Shown: positions 25,126 through 38,480, counted from the whole stretch's first letter. The stretch is DNA of 63,585 nucleotides, filler included, from Octopus bimaculoides (GCF_001194135.2; 9 parts of 9 records of this genome joined end to end with filler, not necessarily neighbours in it), one strand, 5' to 3'. Numbers and translations: made by a program. The notes: a model not told the origin generated them from the letters alone.

Positions 25126-25359
25126 TATTATTCATTCAGAGAAACCGCCAAAATGACAGCCACACTATAACAGTGGTATCTCTACTTATCTGATAATAAG
25201 GTCAACCCCATCAAACGATATCATATCGGTTCGTATGGGAGAGCGCGAACATTTTGTTTTCTCTTTTCCCGCTCTTTCACGGGTAAACATCAAGACAATA
25301 ACAATAGCAACACGCCAACAACAAGAACAAACAAAGTTATTGTCATCGGCTGTTTAAAT

Positions 25360-25480
25360 GTTACAAGGAAAGCCACGTGCTTTCCCGCTCGCCGTCACAT
25401 GATGTGGCTATTGTGTTGGCCGATACCGACGCCAGATGGCAGTGCAAGCAAAGCTAATTGAACAGACGACAAGTGAATGG
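25360..25480. promoter_or_regulatory. Candidate cis-regulatory island with E-boxes and a CTCF-like site
   Basis: CACGTG (25374-25379), CACATG and CAAGTG, plus ACGCCAGATGGCAG (25429-25442), one mismatch from CCRSYAGRKGGCRS. Lies in non-repetitive, CpG-containing sequence. Motif evidence only. Confidence 0.3.
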
Positions 25481-25502
25481 TCGATGTATTTTTTACTGTT
25501 TC

Positions 25503-25535
<33 letters not shown>

Positions 25536-25669
25536 TTTATCTTAATTTACTTTTTGATCTATTAATTTTTTGTGGGAGATGTGAAGATGCTGTTGCTTAG
25601 TAAGTGAACTGTGATGGTGGTGAAGGTGGTGAAGGTGTTGTTGAATTTTAGGGGCATGGCGATGAAAGG

Positions 25670-25722
25670 AATGACAGACAGACGGACAGACAGACAAACA
25701 GACAGACAAACAAAAAGACAGG

Positions 25723-25773
<51 letters not shown>

Positions 25774-25791
25774 GTAGATAGGTAGATAGGT

Positions 25792-25834
<43 letters not shown>

Positions 25835-25932
25835 CAGAGAGAGAGAGAGAGACAGACAGATAGGTTGATTGATAGATAAACAGACAGACAGATACAGACA
25901 GGTAGACAGGCAGACAGATAGATAGACAAGTG

Positions 25933-25975
<43 letters not shown>

Positions 25976-25980
25976 GACAA
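25670..25980. repeat. (GACA)n/(GATA)n/(GA)n compound microsatellite
   Basis: Read directly from the sequence. Confidence 0.95.
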
Positions 25981-26344
25981 GCAGAAAACAGACAGAAAGG
26001 GAGAGCCAGGGGGAGGAGGAGGAAAAGTGAAAATAGTATACTCAATATAATGGTCTCGTTCTTAAATTTGACTCCAATTTAATATCTAATTTGTATTAGT
26101 TTTTGTTGTTTATTTATTATAATAATTTAGATTAAATCCCTCAAACGCCTACCCATGGTCACGTTAGCCTTTCATCTTTCCATGATCGATAAAATTAGTA
26201 CCAGTCATGTGGTGTATCAATTCAGTTCACTAATCATTCGCTTTNNNNNNNNNNNNNNNNNNNNNNNNNNNNNNNNNNNNNNNNNNNNTTAATTAATTAA
26301 NNNNNNNNNNNNNNNNNNNNNNNNNNNNNNNNNNNNNNNNNNNN

Positions 26345-26625
26345 GGAATCTAAAAACAGAAACAATTCCTATCATAGTAGGTGCCTTAGGTATAATAAAA
26401 AATATTCAGACAAATACATAACAAAAACACCAGGACTTACAAATATATATAACATACAGAAAATTGCACTACTGGGTACTGCACACATTCTACGCAAAAC
26501 ACTTTCAATACAGTAAACATAAGAGCACCACAGCAAACCACAGCACATACCCAAGGCGCACAGAGCTGCGCTCGGTAGTGAAGTGAAAGCACGTTATAAA
26601 AATAAAACTACTGAATAATAATAAT
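26345..26625 (+). mobile_element. R4/Dong-like LINE 3' end with (AAT)n tail
   Basis: With one frameshift reads NLKTETIPIIVGALGII...DKYITKTPGLTNIYNIQKIALLGTAHILRKTLSIQ*. Confidence 0.88.
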
Positions 26626-26626
26626 A

Positions 26627-26785
26627 ACATCGAAAAATACCTTAGGAATGAGAACCCAGTTTCGAAATTTCCCCAAGACACCTAATGAAGGCTGGAGGGT
26701 ATATCAGCCAAAACGTTGTGTTAACAACAAACAAGATGAGAAATATCAGTCAAATGTAAATAATATAAATAATGTGCATAATTCT
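26627..26785 (+). mobile_element. PLE-derived short element with a degenerate hammerhead at 26678-26721
   Basis: ACAC CUAAUGA A GGCUG gagggtatat CAGCC AAAAC GUU GUGU: stems I and II intact, G5 and G12 replaced by A. Confidence 0.65.
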
Positions 26786-27379
26786 TCATCTCTTTTGGTG
26801 CAACTTCTTTTGGTGCACCTTCTTTTGGTGCAACTTTGGCTTCTGAAAGTGCCGTGGAGCTTCGTCGGCGTCCAACCACTGAGCTGAGGGTCGCCGGTTG
26901 TCGTAAAGAATCCACTTTTCATCGCAAGTCACAATCCGGTCGAGAAACAGGTCGTTCTTGTTGCGTAAAAGAAGGGAAGACGACACTTCAAAACGGCGTT
27001 TTTTTTTTCTTTGGTTGTCGTTCAATTCGTGCGGTACCCATTTCTCAAGTATTTTTGTTTTTCCAATCTCTTTCAAGTGGTTGGAAATTGTCATATACGT
27101 TACGGCTAATTCAGAAGCAAGCTCACGGACAGTTGTGCGTGGATTGGCTTCGATTAAGGCTCTTAGTTGATCGTTGTCAACATCCGATGGCCGACCACTA
27201 CGCTTATCATCTTCAAGACTCTCGTCACCGCTATGAAATATCTTGAACCACCATTGTGCTGTACGTTCATTATTGGTTCCTGGGCCAAACGCATCGTTGA
27301 TATCGTGAGCTGTTTCAGCAGCTTTTCGGCCTAGCTTGAACTGGAATAAGAAAATTGTGCGAATTTGATTTTTATCCAT
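26786..27379 (-). pseudogene. Mariner (Hsmar1/SETMAR-like) transposase, open N-terminal 197 aa, C-terminally truncated
   Basis: MDKNQIRTIFLFQFKLGRKAAETA...WFKIFHSGDESLEDDKRSGRPS...WVPHELN...IVTCDEKWILYDNRR...KPKLHQKK: bipartite HTH, WVPHEL linker and first catalytic D present; second and third D and YSPDLAP absent. Confidence 0.93.
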
Positions 27380-27880
27380 GTTGTATTCAACGTTCTGGAA
27401 AAAATAGCCTAATTATTCAAAAAGAAAAAGAGTAACACGATCAGATAGAGCGAAAAACGGGCTTTAAAATGAGATATAAAGTCGAAGTAATTTAACGAAA
27501 ATTAATTTGAAAATACANNNNNNNNNNNNNNNNNNNNNNNNNNNNNNNNNNNNNNNNNNNNNNNNNNNNNNNNNNNNNNNNNNNNNNNNNNNNNNNNNNN
27601 NNNNNNNNNNNNNNNNNNNNNNNNNNNNNNNNNNNNNNNNNNNNNNNNNNNNNNNNNNNNNNNNNNNNNNNNNNNNNNNNNNNNNNNNNNNNNNNNNNNN
27701 NNNNNNNNNNNNNNNNNNNNNNNNNNNNNNNNNNNNNNNNNNNNNNNNNNNNNNNNNNNNNNNNNNNNNNNNNNNNNNNNNNNNNNNNNNNNNNNNNNNN
27801 NNNNNNNNNNNNNNNNNNNNNNNNNNNNNNNNNNNNNNNNNNNNNNNNNNNNNNNNNNNNNNNNNNNNNNNNNNNNNNNN

Positions 27881-27938
<58 letters not shown>

Positions 27939-28924
27939 GCATGCATACAAATATTTATATATACATATACATGTGTGTGTGTGCAGTTCGGTCTTCTCAC
28001 ACAGTAATCAACCTCACTGAGAGCGGGGGTAAAATTCTTTCGTCGAACAATTGGAGGGTTTTAGCTGTTTCTTTTTGAAAGGGAAATTTTATGCAATATA
28101 CTTCATTGCATTAACTTTGAAAAACAAACAAATACTGAATGCTTAATGTATTTTTATTCAATGGTCTATAAAAGTCTCAATCACGTCTCAGTCTTCTAAA
28201 CCGCATCTGCAGAACTGGCAACTATCTCTTGCATTTAAAAGTATATTAAGACATTCATATTAATCCAGTTTAAAATGATAATGGTATTTACTCTTATGTG
28301 TAATTATACAGATCAGTGAGGTTAATGGTAGAAATGGATAAAGTTAAATAAAACTTGATATTGGAGAGTGTACTTCAATAGTGTTATTCTTTCTTTATGC
28401 TCAAAATAATCTCATTTATAATGTAATCGGATTAGTTAAGAATGGACGTGTGAATAAAGTTTTGATGAATACACTTATTTTATTCTTTTTTTTCTACATT
28501 AAGCAAGACAGTTCTTCTAGATATATGATTTATATGTTTTCTGTAAAGTCATGTCCTCGCCTTTGTTTGGCTTGGCCCTTCAAAAGAAGTCGGATCCATT
28601 GTTTCCAACCATTGGGTTGCAATCTTGACACAAGCAGCCTGGCACAGAATGAGGTTAAAATCATAGTATCAATCAAGTAAGCTTATTTAATGAAAACTAT
28701 CTGGTTAAGTATAAACCAACTTATCGATAGCTTGGATTATGTTTGACCAGATATTTTTCTCGTACAATCTTCGGGATGTCATCGGTTATACAGCAAGATG
28801 ATCACTGATTGCATGAGATTTTGTGCGAGAAATGTTATTTGTGAGTGAACATCTTTTTTGTTTGAAAGGGGAAATAATTCGGCGTATTTAAACATTAGTA
28901 GCGTCTTGTCGATTAGTATTAATT

Positions 28925-29140
28925 AGGCGACGAGCTGGTAGAAACGTTAGCACGCCGGACGAACTACTGCTACATTCTGAGTTCAAATTCCGCCGAGGTC
29001 GACTTTGACTTTCATCCTTTCGGGGTCGATTAAATAAGCACCAGTTACGCACTGGGGTCGATATAGTCGACTTAATCCCTTTGTCTGTCTTTGATTGTAC
29101 CCTATGTGTGTAGCCCCTTGAGGGCAGTAAAGAAATAGTA
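28925..29140 (+). mobile_element. SINE family B
   Basis: Aligns to 18078-18310 with an internal deletion in the head. Confidence 0.9.
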
Positions 29141-30335
29141 TTAATTAGGCTAATGTCCTTAAGCGAGGCCAATGCTTTAACAAAAATTCCATAAGTGTTT
29201 AAGATGTTTTGGTGAATATATCGTCGTGGACGGCTCCATACCTTAGTAGCTCTAGTGAATATATAAGCATTGAGTTTTTTTACTCTATCGGGGAGTATGC
29301 GTGGTAGTAGTTTTCGATATGTAGAGAAAAGAATGTGCGAACGGCAGATGTTTGGATTTCTAATGTAAGTAGTATTTTCCACTTAGGATTAGTTGCATAT
29401 ATAAATCCATTTTGAGAATAATTTGTCTTGTAATTTAGAGAGTTATTGTGGTTCATCTTAGGTGGTAAATGTTTTTGGTGTTGGGGTATATGAAATTCTA
29501 TGTTTGAACTCACTATCCTGGCAGGGTAACTGATGGAAACCATTAACTTTGTTTAGAGATTGAATTTCAGCTTCATTATATTAGTTAAATAAGTCAGTGT
29601 AAACGATACGAATCGTACTTGTAATTGTCTCGTCTTTTCAGCATTATTTTGTCGACGAATAAGAGAAGCCTGATTAGTCTCTTACTTCAATATTCCTCTC
29701 TCACTTTTATTTGATTTCATTTTGCGACAAATGTTTTCTTCTTACTAAAATTCTTATTCAATTGATTCTTCGCTTTTCATTAGTTTCTTCGGTTCCTAAG
29801 TGGCATATTCCTTTTACGACTCCCTCTTTTTCTATCCTGATATTTTCTTCTATTTTCTTCCCAATGAATAACCGATTTGAAGGTAGTTTTCTCCCTTTGT
29901 ATTCTTCTTATCCTCAATACTTCTTGAGACTCACTAATTCTTTCCAAATATTTTCTTAAACCCACTTTTCTTCTGGTCTCCTTTTCTTCAGTCAACGATG
30001 TTTCCTGCCTTCGTTGTTTGCAGTTGTGACAGCTTCTGCTTTATTTGTCATTCTCTTGCAATTTGTTTTTAATTTCTCATGCTAATTTGTGTTGCAATTC
30101 TTATTTAGTTTAATACATTTTGTTTCATGAAAGAAATATCCGAAAAGCTATACACATACGTCCGTTTCACTAAAAAAATGGTTGTGTACGTTTGTGTAGA
30201 ATATGGTATATGAGCTAATTAGATTTTCGATTTTTAATCATAGAATATTTCGTAGGAGATTTAAATAAGAAAAGGAAGAGATAAAAGAGAAAATGTCAAG
30301 GCGTAAGAAAGTTTGTTTGTCACTGAGTTCTTGGT

Positions 30336-30398
<63 letters not shown>

Positions 30399-30411
<13 letters not shown>

Positions 30412-30530
30412 AGCTCTCTGTCTCTCTTTCTCTAGCTCTCTGCCTCTCTTTCTCTAGCTCTCTGTCTCTCTTTCTCTAGCTCTCTGTCTCTCTTTCTCTA
30501 GCTCTCTGTCTCTCTTTCTCTAGCTCTCTG
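30399..30530. repeat. 22-bp minisatellite TCTCTCTTTCTCTAGCTCTCTG x6, continuing from a (CT)n tract
   Basis: Units end at 30420, 30442, 30464, 30486, 30508 and 30530. Confidence 0.92.
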
Positions 30531-31034
30531 TCTCTCTTCCTCTCTACGTTTATTTAAATTATCTTTGAATCTATTGTATTTATGTATGATAGTGTGCATG
30601 CGTGCATGTATTTAAGTTGTATGTATGCACATATGAATTCATGCGTGTATGTATGTATGTATGTATGTATGCGCGCGCGTGTGTGTCTGTGAGCACACGC
30701 GCGTGCATCTGTGTTTGTTTGTTTGTATTGTAAAACGATAACTGGATGTGAAGGTTCAATGAACGATGGAGTCGTTTAACGCGTATTTGTGCAAAACACA
30801 CTAATTACTATATTTAAAGCATAATTACATAAATGATGATATTTATATAATTTTGTTTATTTCACCTGTTGCCAGTTATTGGATTGTGGTTCCGCAGAGG
30901 AATACCCTTCAAGTGTTTAATGGAATAAATTGTATTTAATCTTATTATGTATTGCATCAGAAGTATTTACGAACTGCTATGTTACGATACATCAACATTA
31001 CTTGTTTTAAGCTACTTAAACGTGCACGCAAGAG

Positions 31035-31103
<69 letters not shown>

Positions 31104-31116
31104 CCTATCTATCTAC

Positions 31117-31190
<74 letters not shown>
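31035..31190. repeat. (TATC)n microsatellite
   Basis: Read directly from the sequence. Confidence 0.97.
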
Positions 31191-31191
<1 letters not shown>

Positions 31192-31214
31192 GTTCGTCTA
31201 TGAGGATAATGTTC

Positions 31215-31500
31215 GGCCACATACAGCGAGGATGACATTCTAAAGGCAGGAACAGTTCGAATGGGAAACAATGCCCTACCCACCACATTCTGCAGACATT
31301 GCCCCATCTTATTATCATTTATTCAGCAGTTTTCAAAATCATTTGGACGGGAAAAAAAAAATGAATTCTGCAGAACAGTACCGGAGGAATACTTTTCGTT
31401 ACGGACAAGCTAATTTTGGAAGTAGAGCCTTGCAAGTCTATCAGATTGATGGAAGAACATTGTAGGAAATGAAGGAGAGTATATTTTAGATTAAAAAGAA
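31215..31500 (+). pseudogene. Decayed mariner transposase C-terminal fragment
   Basis: WETMPYPPHSADIAPSYYHLFSSFQNHLDGKK matches the LPHPPYSPDLAPSDYHLF motif; a later frame gives ...WKNIVGNEGEYILD*. Confidence 0.85.
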
Positions 31501-32048
31501 CTATGTGCATCTTAATTTTGAAAACTAAAAGAAGCATAAAAAAACGCATTATTCATGTGCATTATTTCTTTTACATAGCACTGCAGTTAAGCTTTGTCAT
31601 ATGAACTTTACCCTGATATATAAATAAGGATGTAATATAAGAATATTAAGATTTGTTAAATCTTTACCAATCTTTACCAACGAGTAGCATAATATTATTC
31701 CAAATTTAAGACTGTAAAATTAAAACTGTTTACTTCTTGATGTGAAGTGAAAAGGCATAGATAACAACTCTCAAGATAGAAGTGGTGACCAATATATAGT
31801 AATGATTATAGATTTCAGAAATGCTGTCTCTGAAAACTCTATAATAAATACTACCTATGTAGACTTTTACACCATCTAAGCAATCAAATGTTTCAAACAA
31901 AATATAATTTCAAAGGAAATTATACTTTTCATGTTTCTCCACAAACTTCCATTCATTTAAAGATTTTTAAAATAACCATTGTATTTCCATGGACAGACAT
32001 TATTAGTATTTCGTAAGTTCTACTTATCTGCCTGTCTTTGTCTGTCTG

Positions 32049-32106
<58 letters not shown>

Positions 32107-34084
32107 CAACCATCTATCTATCTATCTGTATGTATGCTTGTCTGTCTGTTTGTCTGTCCGTCTGTCTATACATGTGTCCGTCCGTCCATCTCTCTATCTA
32201 TGCGTGTCTCTGTGCGTAATATAGAGAGCTAGTTAACTATCTAGCTGATTACATAAATGGGCAGAGAACGAAGTCGAACACAATATATTATAATAGAACT
32301 TATTCAGTTGATTAATCCACATAGGTTGTGTAACGAAATGTTAAGTGAAATAAAAATCCGATTAACACTTGGCCTTGCAGGTAACCTATTATGGTATTGG
32401 AATCATGCAAATTGGCAAATGAAAGAAATAGCAGAGTACTACTTCCAACCATTGTGCTTCTCTGTCATGAAAGCCTACTTTTCCACTTAATCTTGCTCGG
32501 TAGATCTATTACTTGCCAGTGAAATATTGGGTTTGATGTAATAGACGAAACTTGGTTTCACGTCTTCGTTAAAAATCGTTATTAGAAACCAATAGAGCGA
32601 TGGATTGGTAGAATTGATTGAGTGACAAACAAAATATATTAAGATATTCAATTACATCATTTGAGCTTAAGCGTTCGAATTCTGCCCGTGTTGAGTTTGT
32701 TTTACAACAGCTCTGGGTTATGATTACTTTGACAACACTGCTCCTCAAAAAATCGTGACCTTGTAAATGGAAAGGAATAACTTTGAACATTACACTGGAT
32801 TACACAAAATTCTTTACGAACGAGCGGATAAACCTGAGTGCAGGCTTTCGATTTGCTAGAAATAACAACCATATCTTCCTCTTGCAACGAGAAAGAAACT
32901 TTAGACAATATAGCCAGGACATACAAAAGGGTGAGATATTTGGAACGCCTTTGATAGAGGTTGATTTTAGTGTAAAGAAATAACATCATTTTTTAACATA
33001 CATTGTTATCTATATATTATACAGAGGCAAAATACCATAAATAATTAAGGAGCAAGGGATTCAATATTGCCGATTAATTCCACTTTTGTTCATTAGTAAT
33101 TGTTCATGGCCCATGAAAGTATGAAAAGTGATCGATTCTGGCGGTGTTAGAACCCAGAATAAAGAAGGGAAATGATAGTATAAAGTCTCGATTGCACGTT
33201 TCTATTGAATTTGTTTGTGCATGTTGTTACTCATGAAAATACTTTAACTTGAACCAAACCAGAAGTTCGTATATTAGCTGGACAGAGGGCAAGTCAGCTT
33301 CAGCATGCATTGATCCCAGTGTTAAGGGGGACCACCGCCCCTGCCAACTTCATCTTTTTAATTTTGATCTTAGTAATCTGTACGATGCAGTTTATTACTT
33401 TATAAAATAAAATAACAAACTTCAATATCTCGAGGTTGGAAGATTTCAATATTTTATCAAAAATACTGATTACATAAACCGGTTTCAGTAACAATAGTAA
33501 AAACAAGAATAACATGGGCACCGAATAATCGCCACAACGAAATAAGCATTTTAGCCGAATAATAAGTAACTCACTTTTGCAAATTTTCCACGATGTATTT
33601 GGTTTGTATATTCAGGAAATATCGTAATAATTGCAAAGAAATGCCAACTTATTCAAACAGGAAATTGTTCTGGCAAAGACATCGAATAAACAGCATCGTG
33701 AGTTAAAAATGAAAAAGTAGTTGTCACCCGAGGTGTTATTGCAAGTGAGTATCAAATTAAGAAGCAGTACGAAGTCAGAAACACTTAAATGGAAGTATGT
33801 CTATCATTATTTAATAAAGAAGTATTATTATTAAGTATGGCAGCTTATGTTTCGTTGCATTCTGGGTTCCAATCACGCTGAGAACGACTTTGCATTTCAC
33901 CCTTCCGGCTCTGTAAAGCGAGAACTCGTCAAATACTGAGATCAATATAATCGGCTCTTATCTTCTCCAGCTTGTGCATATGTTAGAAAACAACGTAGGA
34001 AGGGAACCACAATGATAGTTGCCGCTGGCCATATTGTTTCTTTTAAATATTTCTTTGCAGGGAATAGAAATAAAATGAGAAACA

Positions 34085-34115
<31 letters not shown>

Positions 34116-36249
34116 TGTCGAAATAAGCCAGAAATGTGAGCTGGCATTGTTATTATCTGTCAATAATTGAAATACTGAAGAGAAAATTGTTAATAGTAAA
34201 AATATGGAAACGAAAGCTAAACAAAAGAAATAGGTGTAACTGGTGCACCTGATGTTGTGTGACTCTATGTAAATACGCGGTGGGCAAAACTATGAATGGT
34301 TACATTTCATTTTCATCATCCTTAAGTATAAAGGAACCATACCAATGAACAACCTTTTTGAGAAATGTAGGATGTTCGGCTTCTATGTCTTTGCTGAGGT
34401 ATGTTAGTCTTGCGATTTTGGTGTCGCGAGGTAGGTAATCGAGAAGTACGATGTGCATTCCATAAGTTTTGAGAATTCTTTTAGGGGAGGCAGTTATAAC
34501 TATCTCAGATTATTGTAATTTTAGTATATCATTACTATACATCTAATACGCTGCACTGCCAACTTGAAGGAGACGGCTATAACAGCTCTTTGAACACACC
34601 CTAATAAACACAGCTTAGTTTGCAGAATGCAGTCGGAACACGAAGGTAATTTTCCCTATAGACAGAACCTGTCAAGATCACTGCTTCTTGCAGCTGGTAT
34701 CAGTTTCTTGCGGGCTTTAATGACTATGGCGGGATTTCCTCTTCAGGCTAGGCAAGTACCTCTAATATTGGTATATGTACTGGCTTTGAAACTTTGAAAC
34801 ATTGTGGGACCTTGTTCTAAAAGAAAACTCCGTTAATATCCTGTAGTCGCTGTGACTTTGTTCATTGTACATTTGTATGTTATATTTTCACCAATACCTA
34901 TGTATTTGTAGCACAAATAATGTTAAACAGGGGGCGGTGTTTCGCGTTCATCCCTTAAATATGAATATATTTTTTTCATGACCCCTATATATGTGTGTAA
35001 TTCTAACTCTAGTATTGTAAATAGTTCCAGAATTCATATTTACATCGTCCATAAACGAACTATGGGTTTTATTAATGTATCTTTCTGTTGTAGACTCTGG
35101 CACATAACCACTATACTTTTGTTAAAGAAACGACTGGGTGTAGTGCTAAAGTAAACGGAAGCGCAGATTCAGTGTATTATAAAAATATTCCTTTTGAAAT
35201 ATTTATAATACAACAGAGAGATATTCAGCTTTTAATTACAAGTGCGTGAATTGTCGATCAGTCTTTGTGAGCCTTTCGTTGGCATCAACAAAAGCAGTAT
35301 TTGCCAACTGCTGTAACTTCAGTCGCCATATATAGAGAACAGAATTAGATATATTCCCGTAATCAAGCCCCTTGTCACAAGATTTTCCTACTTCAGACGG
35401 CACAGCTGTATTTATTAAAAAAATTAACTTTTCGGCTCGAAATACCCTCACACTCTTCTCTTTCCGTCTGCCTGCTAATCAGTCACTGTTTTATTAGGCT
35501 CACAATGTGATTGAAGAAATTAGTTTAGACAGTTTGTGTAAAATTCGTACATAATGGATCAATAGATTTCTGCCAAGCCAGTGTTTTCATTATTGGCTAT
35601 AAGATTTGTCCATGCTACGGCAAAACAATTTTAGTGTGTCAATCTGACCTTCTATGGTTCTTTGAAATATGCATAGTAATGACTTTTAGTACAGCAACAT
35701 CTTGTTCTAGTATCCATCTGTTATGTATCATCCTGCCTTCTTTATATAATTCAGCTTTGCTAAAGCTTTGGTGCAAGTTTCAAAGTCCAATATATTACCT
35801 TTACTATTGATGTCGATACAGTATTGATGATATGAACGATGGTATCTATGATGCACTCTAATTAAAATTTTTCCTTTCATTCAAGATCATAGGCGTTATT
35901 TCTCAGAAAACTTTTCTTTCACAAAGGTATTGCTTCTTCTTCATTCTCCTGTACACAGCTTGTGGGTTAAAAGCAAACTTATGATTAATGCTGGTTCGAT
36001 TTTCTGTTTTATTTCGTCAACAATTTTTTTTTATTAACTCAGCATCTCAAGTTCAAACTTTGAAGTTATTCGATATTCTCCAATTTCTTGGTTTGTGGAA
36101 TCTCAGAATATTGTTGATCTCCGCATGTGATGTAACTGATGTGCTGTCATATTATCCGCTTTTATTATGATATCTAAATATCCGATACTACGGTGTAGAG
36201 TATTTATATTTCCTCATTTGGTTATCTATCTACTTGGATTGCTTACTAT

Positions 36250-36720
36250 GACTTACATTAGCGAGTGCTCTGCAGCGGAGACAGGTCGAACATATCTCAA
36301 CAGTAAGAAGACCAAAACACTGCTGATATAACAAAACAACATTACACAAAAACCATTTGCATGTGAACGGTATACAATTAGAACCTTCACGACTGCTCCA
36401 AACGTTCAACCAAGCATAGCAGCCGGATTTCCGGTCATTATCTTCAGAGCAAAAGGTGTTTTCAACCATCAACAATTATTGACACTCTGCGAGGTAATAG
36501 AGCTTTGTACACACGTCTGAGCGGCTTCACCGCTGTCCACACAGGCATTCTAAACTACATCCAGAATAAGATCATCCGACTAATCGATATACAGTCAGTC
36601 TTCTAGCTCTACTTTGAAGGTCTCTGCACTTACGAGATACTGGTCTCATGCTACCCTGCACTTAAATATTCTCGGCTCACTCTACTCTTCTCAACGCCCT
36701 TGCTGTGTCCAATACCTCAA
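36250..36720 (+). mobile_element. Decayed CR1/Jockey-group LINE RT C-terminal fragment
   Basis: Frames give LNSKKTKTLLI, IFRAKGVFNHQQLLTLCEVIELCTHV and ILNYIQNKIIRLID. Confidence 0.5.
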
Positions 36721-36771
36721 GCCACAAATAAACCACAGCCAACATTTCTTAATCCCCTTAGCGCTACGTCT

Positions 36772-36845
<74 letters not shown>

Positions 36846-37419
36846 CTCTGTCTCATTCTCTCTTTCTGCTTGTCTTTCTGTTCACTTCATTATCGCAGGC
36901 CTTGACTGCCAATAGTTGTAAAGTAAAAGAAACATGTAAAGTTTTTCTTAAAACTGATGACACCGGATCTTTCAATTTGCAACGAGCGAAATCAAGCATA
37001 TTGAAAGTTCAAAAGGTTTCGTCTGGCGCTTACATTGTTATTCCTCACTGATGAATACAACTGGATTGACTGCATGAGGAGATGAGGATGACAAACAAAT
37101 GTAATATGACAGCCAAATATATTTAGTTTAGGTTGAATCTTAACTCCACTGAAGCCATCGCAAGAAAAGTAAAACACATCTACGGTAATAGATATGTTGC
37201 TGGAATTACATTTTTACATATGTCTATTAATGTATCTACGTTTCTATTATCTTCTATCTGTCTGAATCGCTGAGTGGATGCCCAAGTGTCAAGTTTATTT
37301 CATTCTAGTCATACGTGTGCATCCATACGCATCCATAAATGCGTATTGGTGAATAATTCTACTTATACCAGTATGGTTATTAGTAGGTACGTGCCTTTTT
37401 ATTATTATGTGCGTGTGCT

Positions 37420-37745
37420 AAGGCGGCAAGATGACAGAGTCGTTAGGATGCCAGGCAAAATACTTAGCGATGTTTCATGTGTTTAGGTTTTGAGTTCAAT
37501 TTCCACCGAGGTCGAATCTGCCATTTATCCTTTCGGAATCGATAAAATAAGTACCAGGTAAGCACTGGGTGTCGATGTAATCAATCTAAACCTCCGGCGA
37601 AATTGGCCTTGTGCCAAAATTTGCAATCAGTATTATGACTGCTAGGCGGTAAGCTGGGGCAGGGTCGTTATCGTGCCGGACAAAAGTCTACTGGCAATTT
37701 GTCCGTCTTTACGTTCTGAGTACGAATTCCGCCGTGGTCGACTTT
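37420..37745 (+). mobile_element. Two tandem SINE family B copies, the second 3'-truncated
   Basis: Heads at about 37420 and 37643 with gagttcaatttcc / gagtacgaattccgcc B-box regions. Confidence 0.8.
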
Positions 37746-38117
37746 AATACAATCGTAATATTTAAAAAGGTTTTATTAAATAAATAAATTAAAAAATGCA
37801 TTCCCTATAAAAAAGACATCTTTGAATAATAAAAAAAAATTATCAACTTTGTAAGACATCTTTGAAAGAAAGAAAACAGTGGTAATTTGCTTATGTATAA
37901 GAGAATTTTTTAATTAATCTTTTAGTGCAAGAATATATTTTAAAAAATACATGCATATTACATGCATAATACATATGTACAAACACACACACACACACAC
38001 ATACACACACACGCACACACACATATATATATATATATATATAGTAGCACATTGGCAATCCACCTAGTGGCCTCCTTTATATATATATATATTATATGTA
38101 CATATATATTTTTATAT

Positions 38118-38202
<85 letters not shown>

Positions 38203-38249
38203 AACAAACATTTACAAGCGTGTGTGTTTTGGGGTGTGTATGCTTGTGT

Positions 38250-38480
38250 TAAAGATTGCTTTGTGGGAGGATAATGCGTTCATATTCTTCCTTGATCGTT
38301 AATAGTAAGACGTAATTATTTGATTCTTGAAGATCCCAGTTGTGCGCCCACTCATGCTGTTGGGAATAATGTGCTGGTAATCCTTGTAAAAATATGCTAA
38401 CGCCATTAAAATACTTTCTCGTCTTATTCATCTGAAACAAGTCAGCAATCAGGTTAAAAATTTCCTTCCACCTGAGCTAC
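38250..38480 (-). mobile_element. Very decayed CR1-like RT fragment
   Basis: ...QQHEWAHNWDLQESN resembles the LxxWAxxWxLxFN motif after the catalytic DD. Confidence 0.3.

Noticed and set aside
28888-29543. 164-aa and 87-aa minus-strand ORFs
   Set aside because: The longer one is about half antisense SINE B. The rest has only a faint resemblance to PLE endonuclease, too weak to call.
33322-34960. TTAA-GGGGGACCACC as a possible Kolobok or piggyBac left end
   Set aside because: No convincing matching right TIR; the nearest CCC-TTAA at about 34953 does not match further in.
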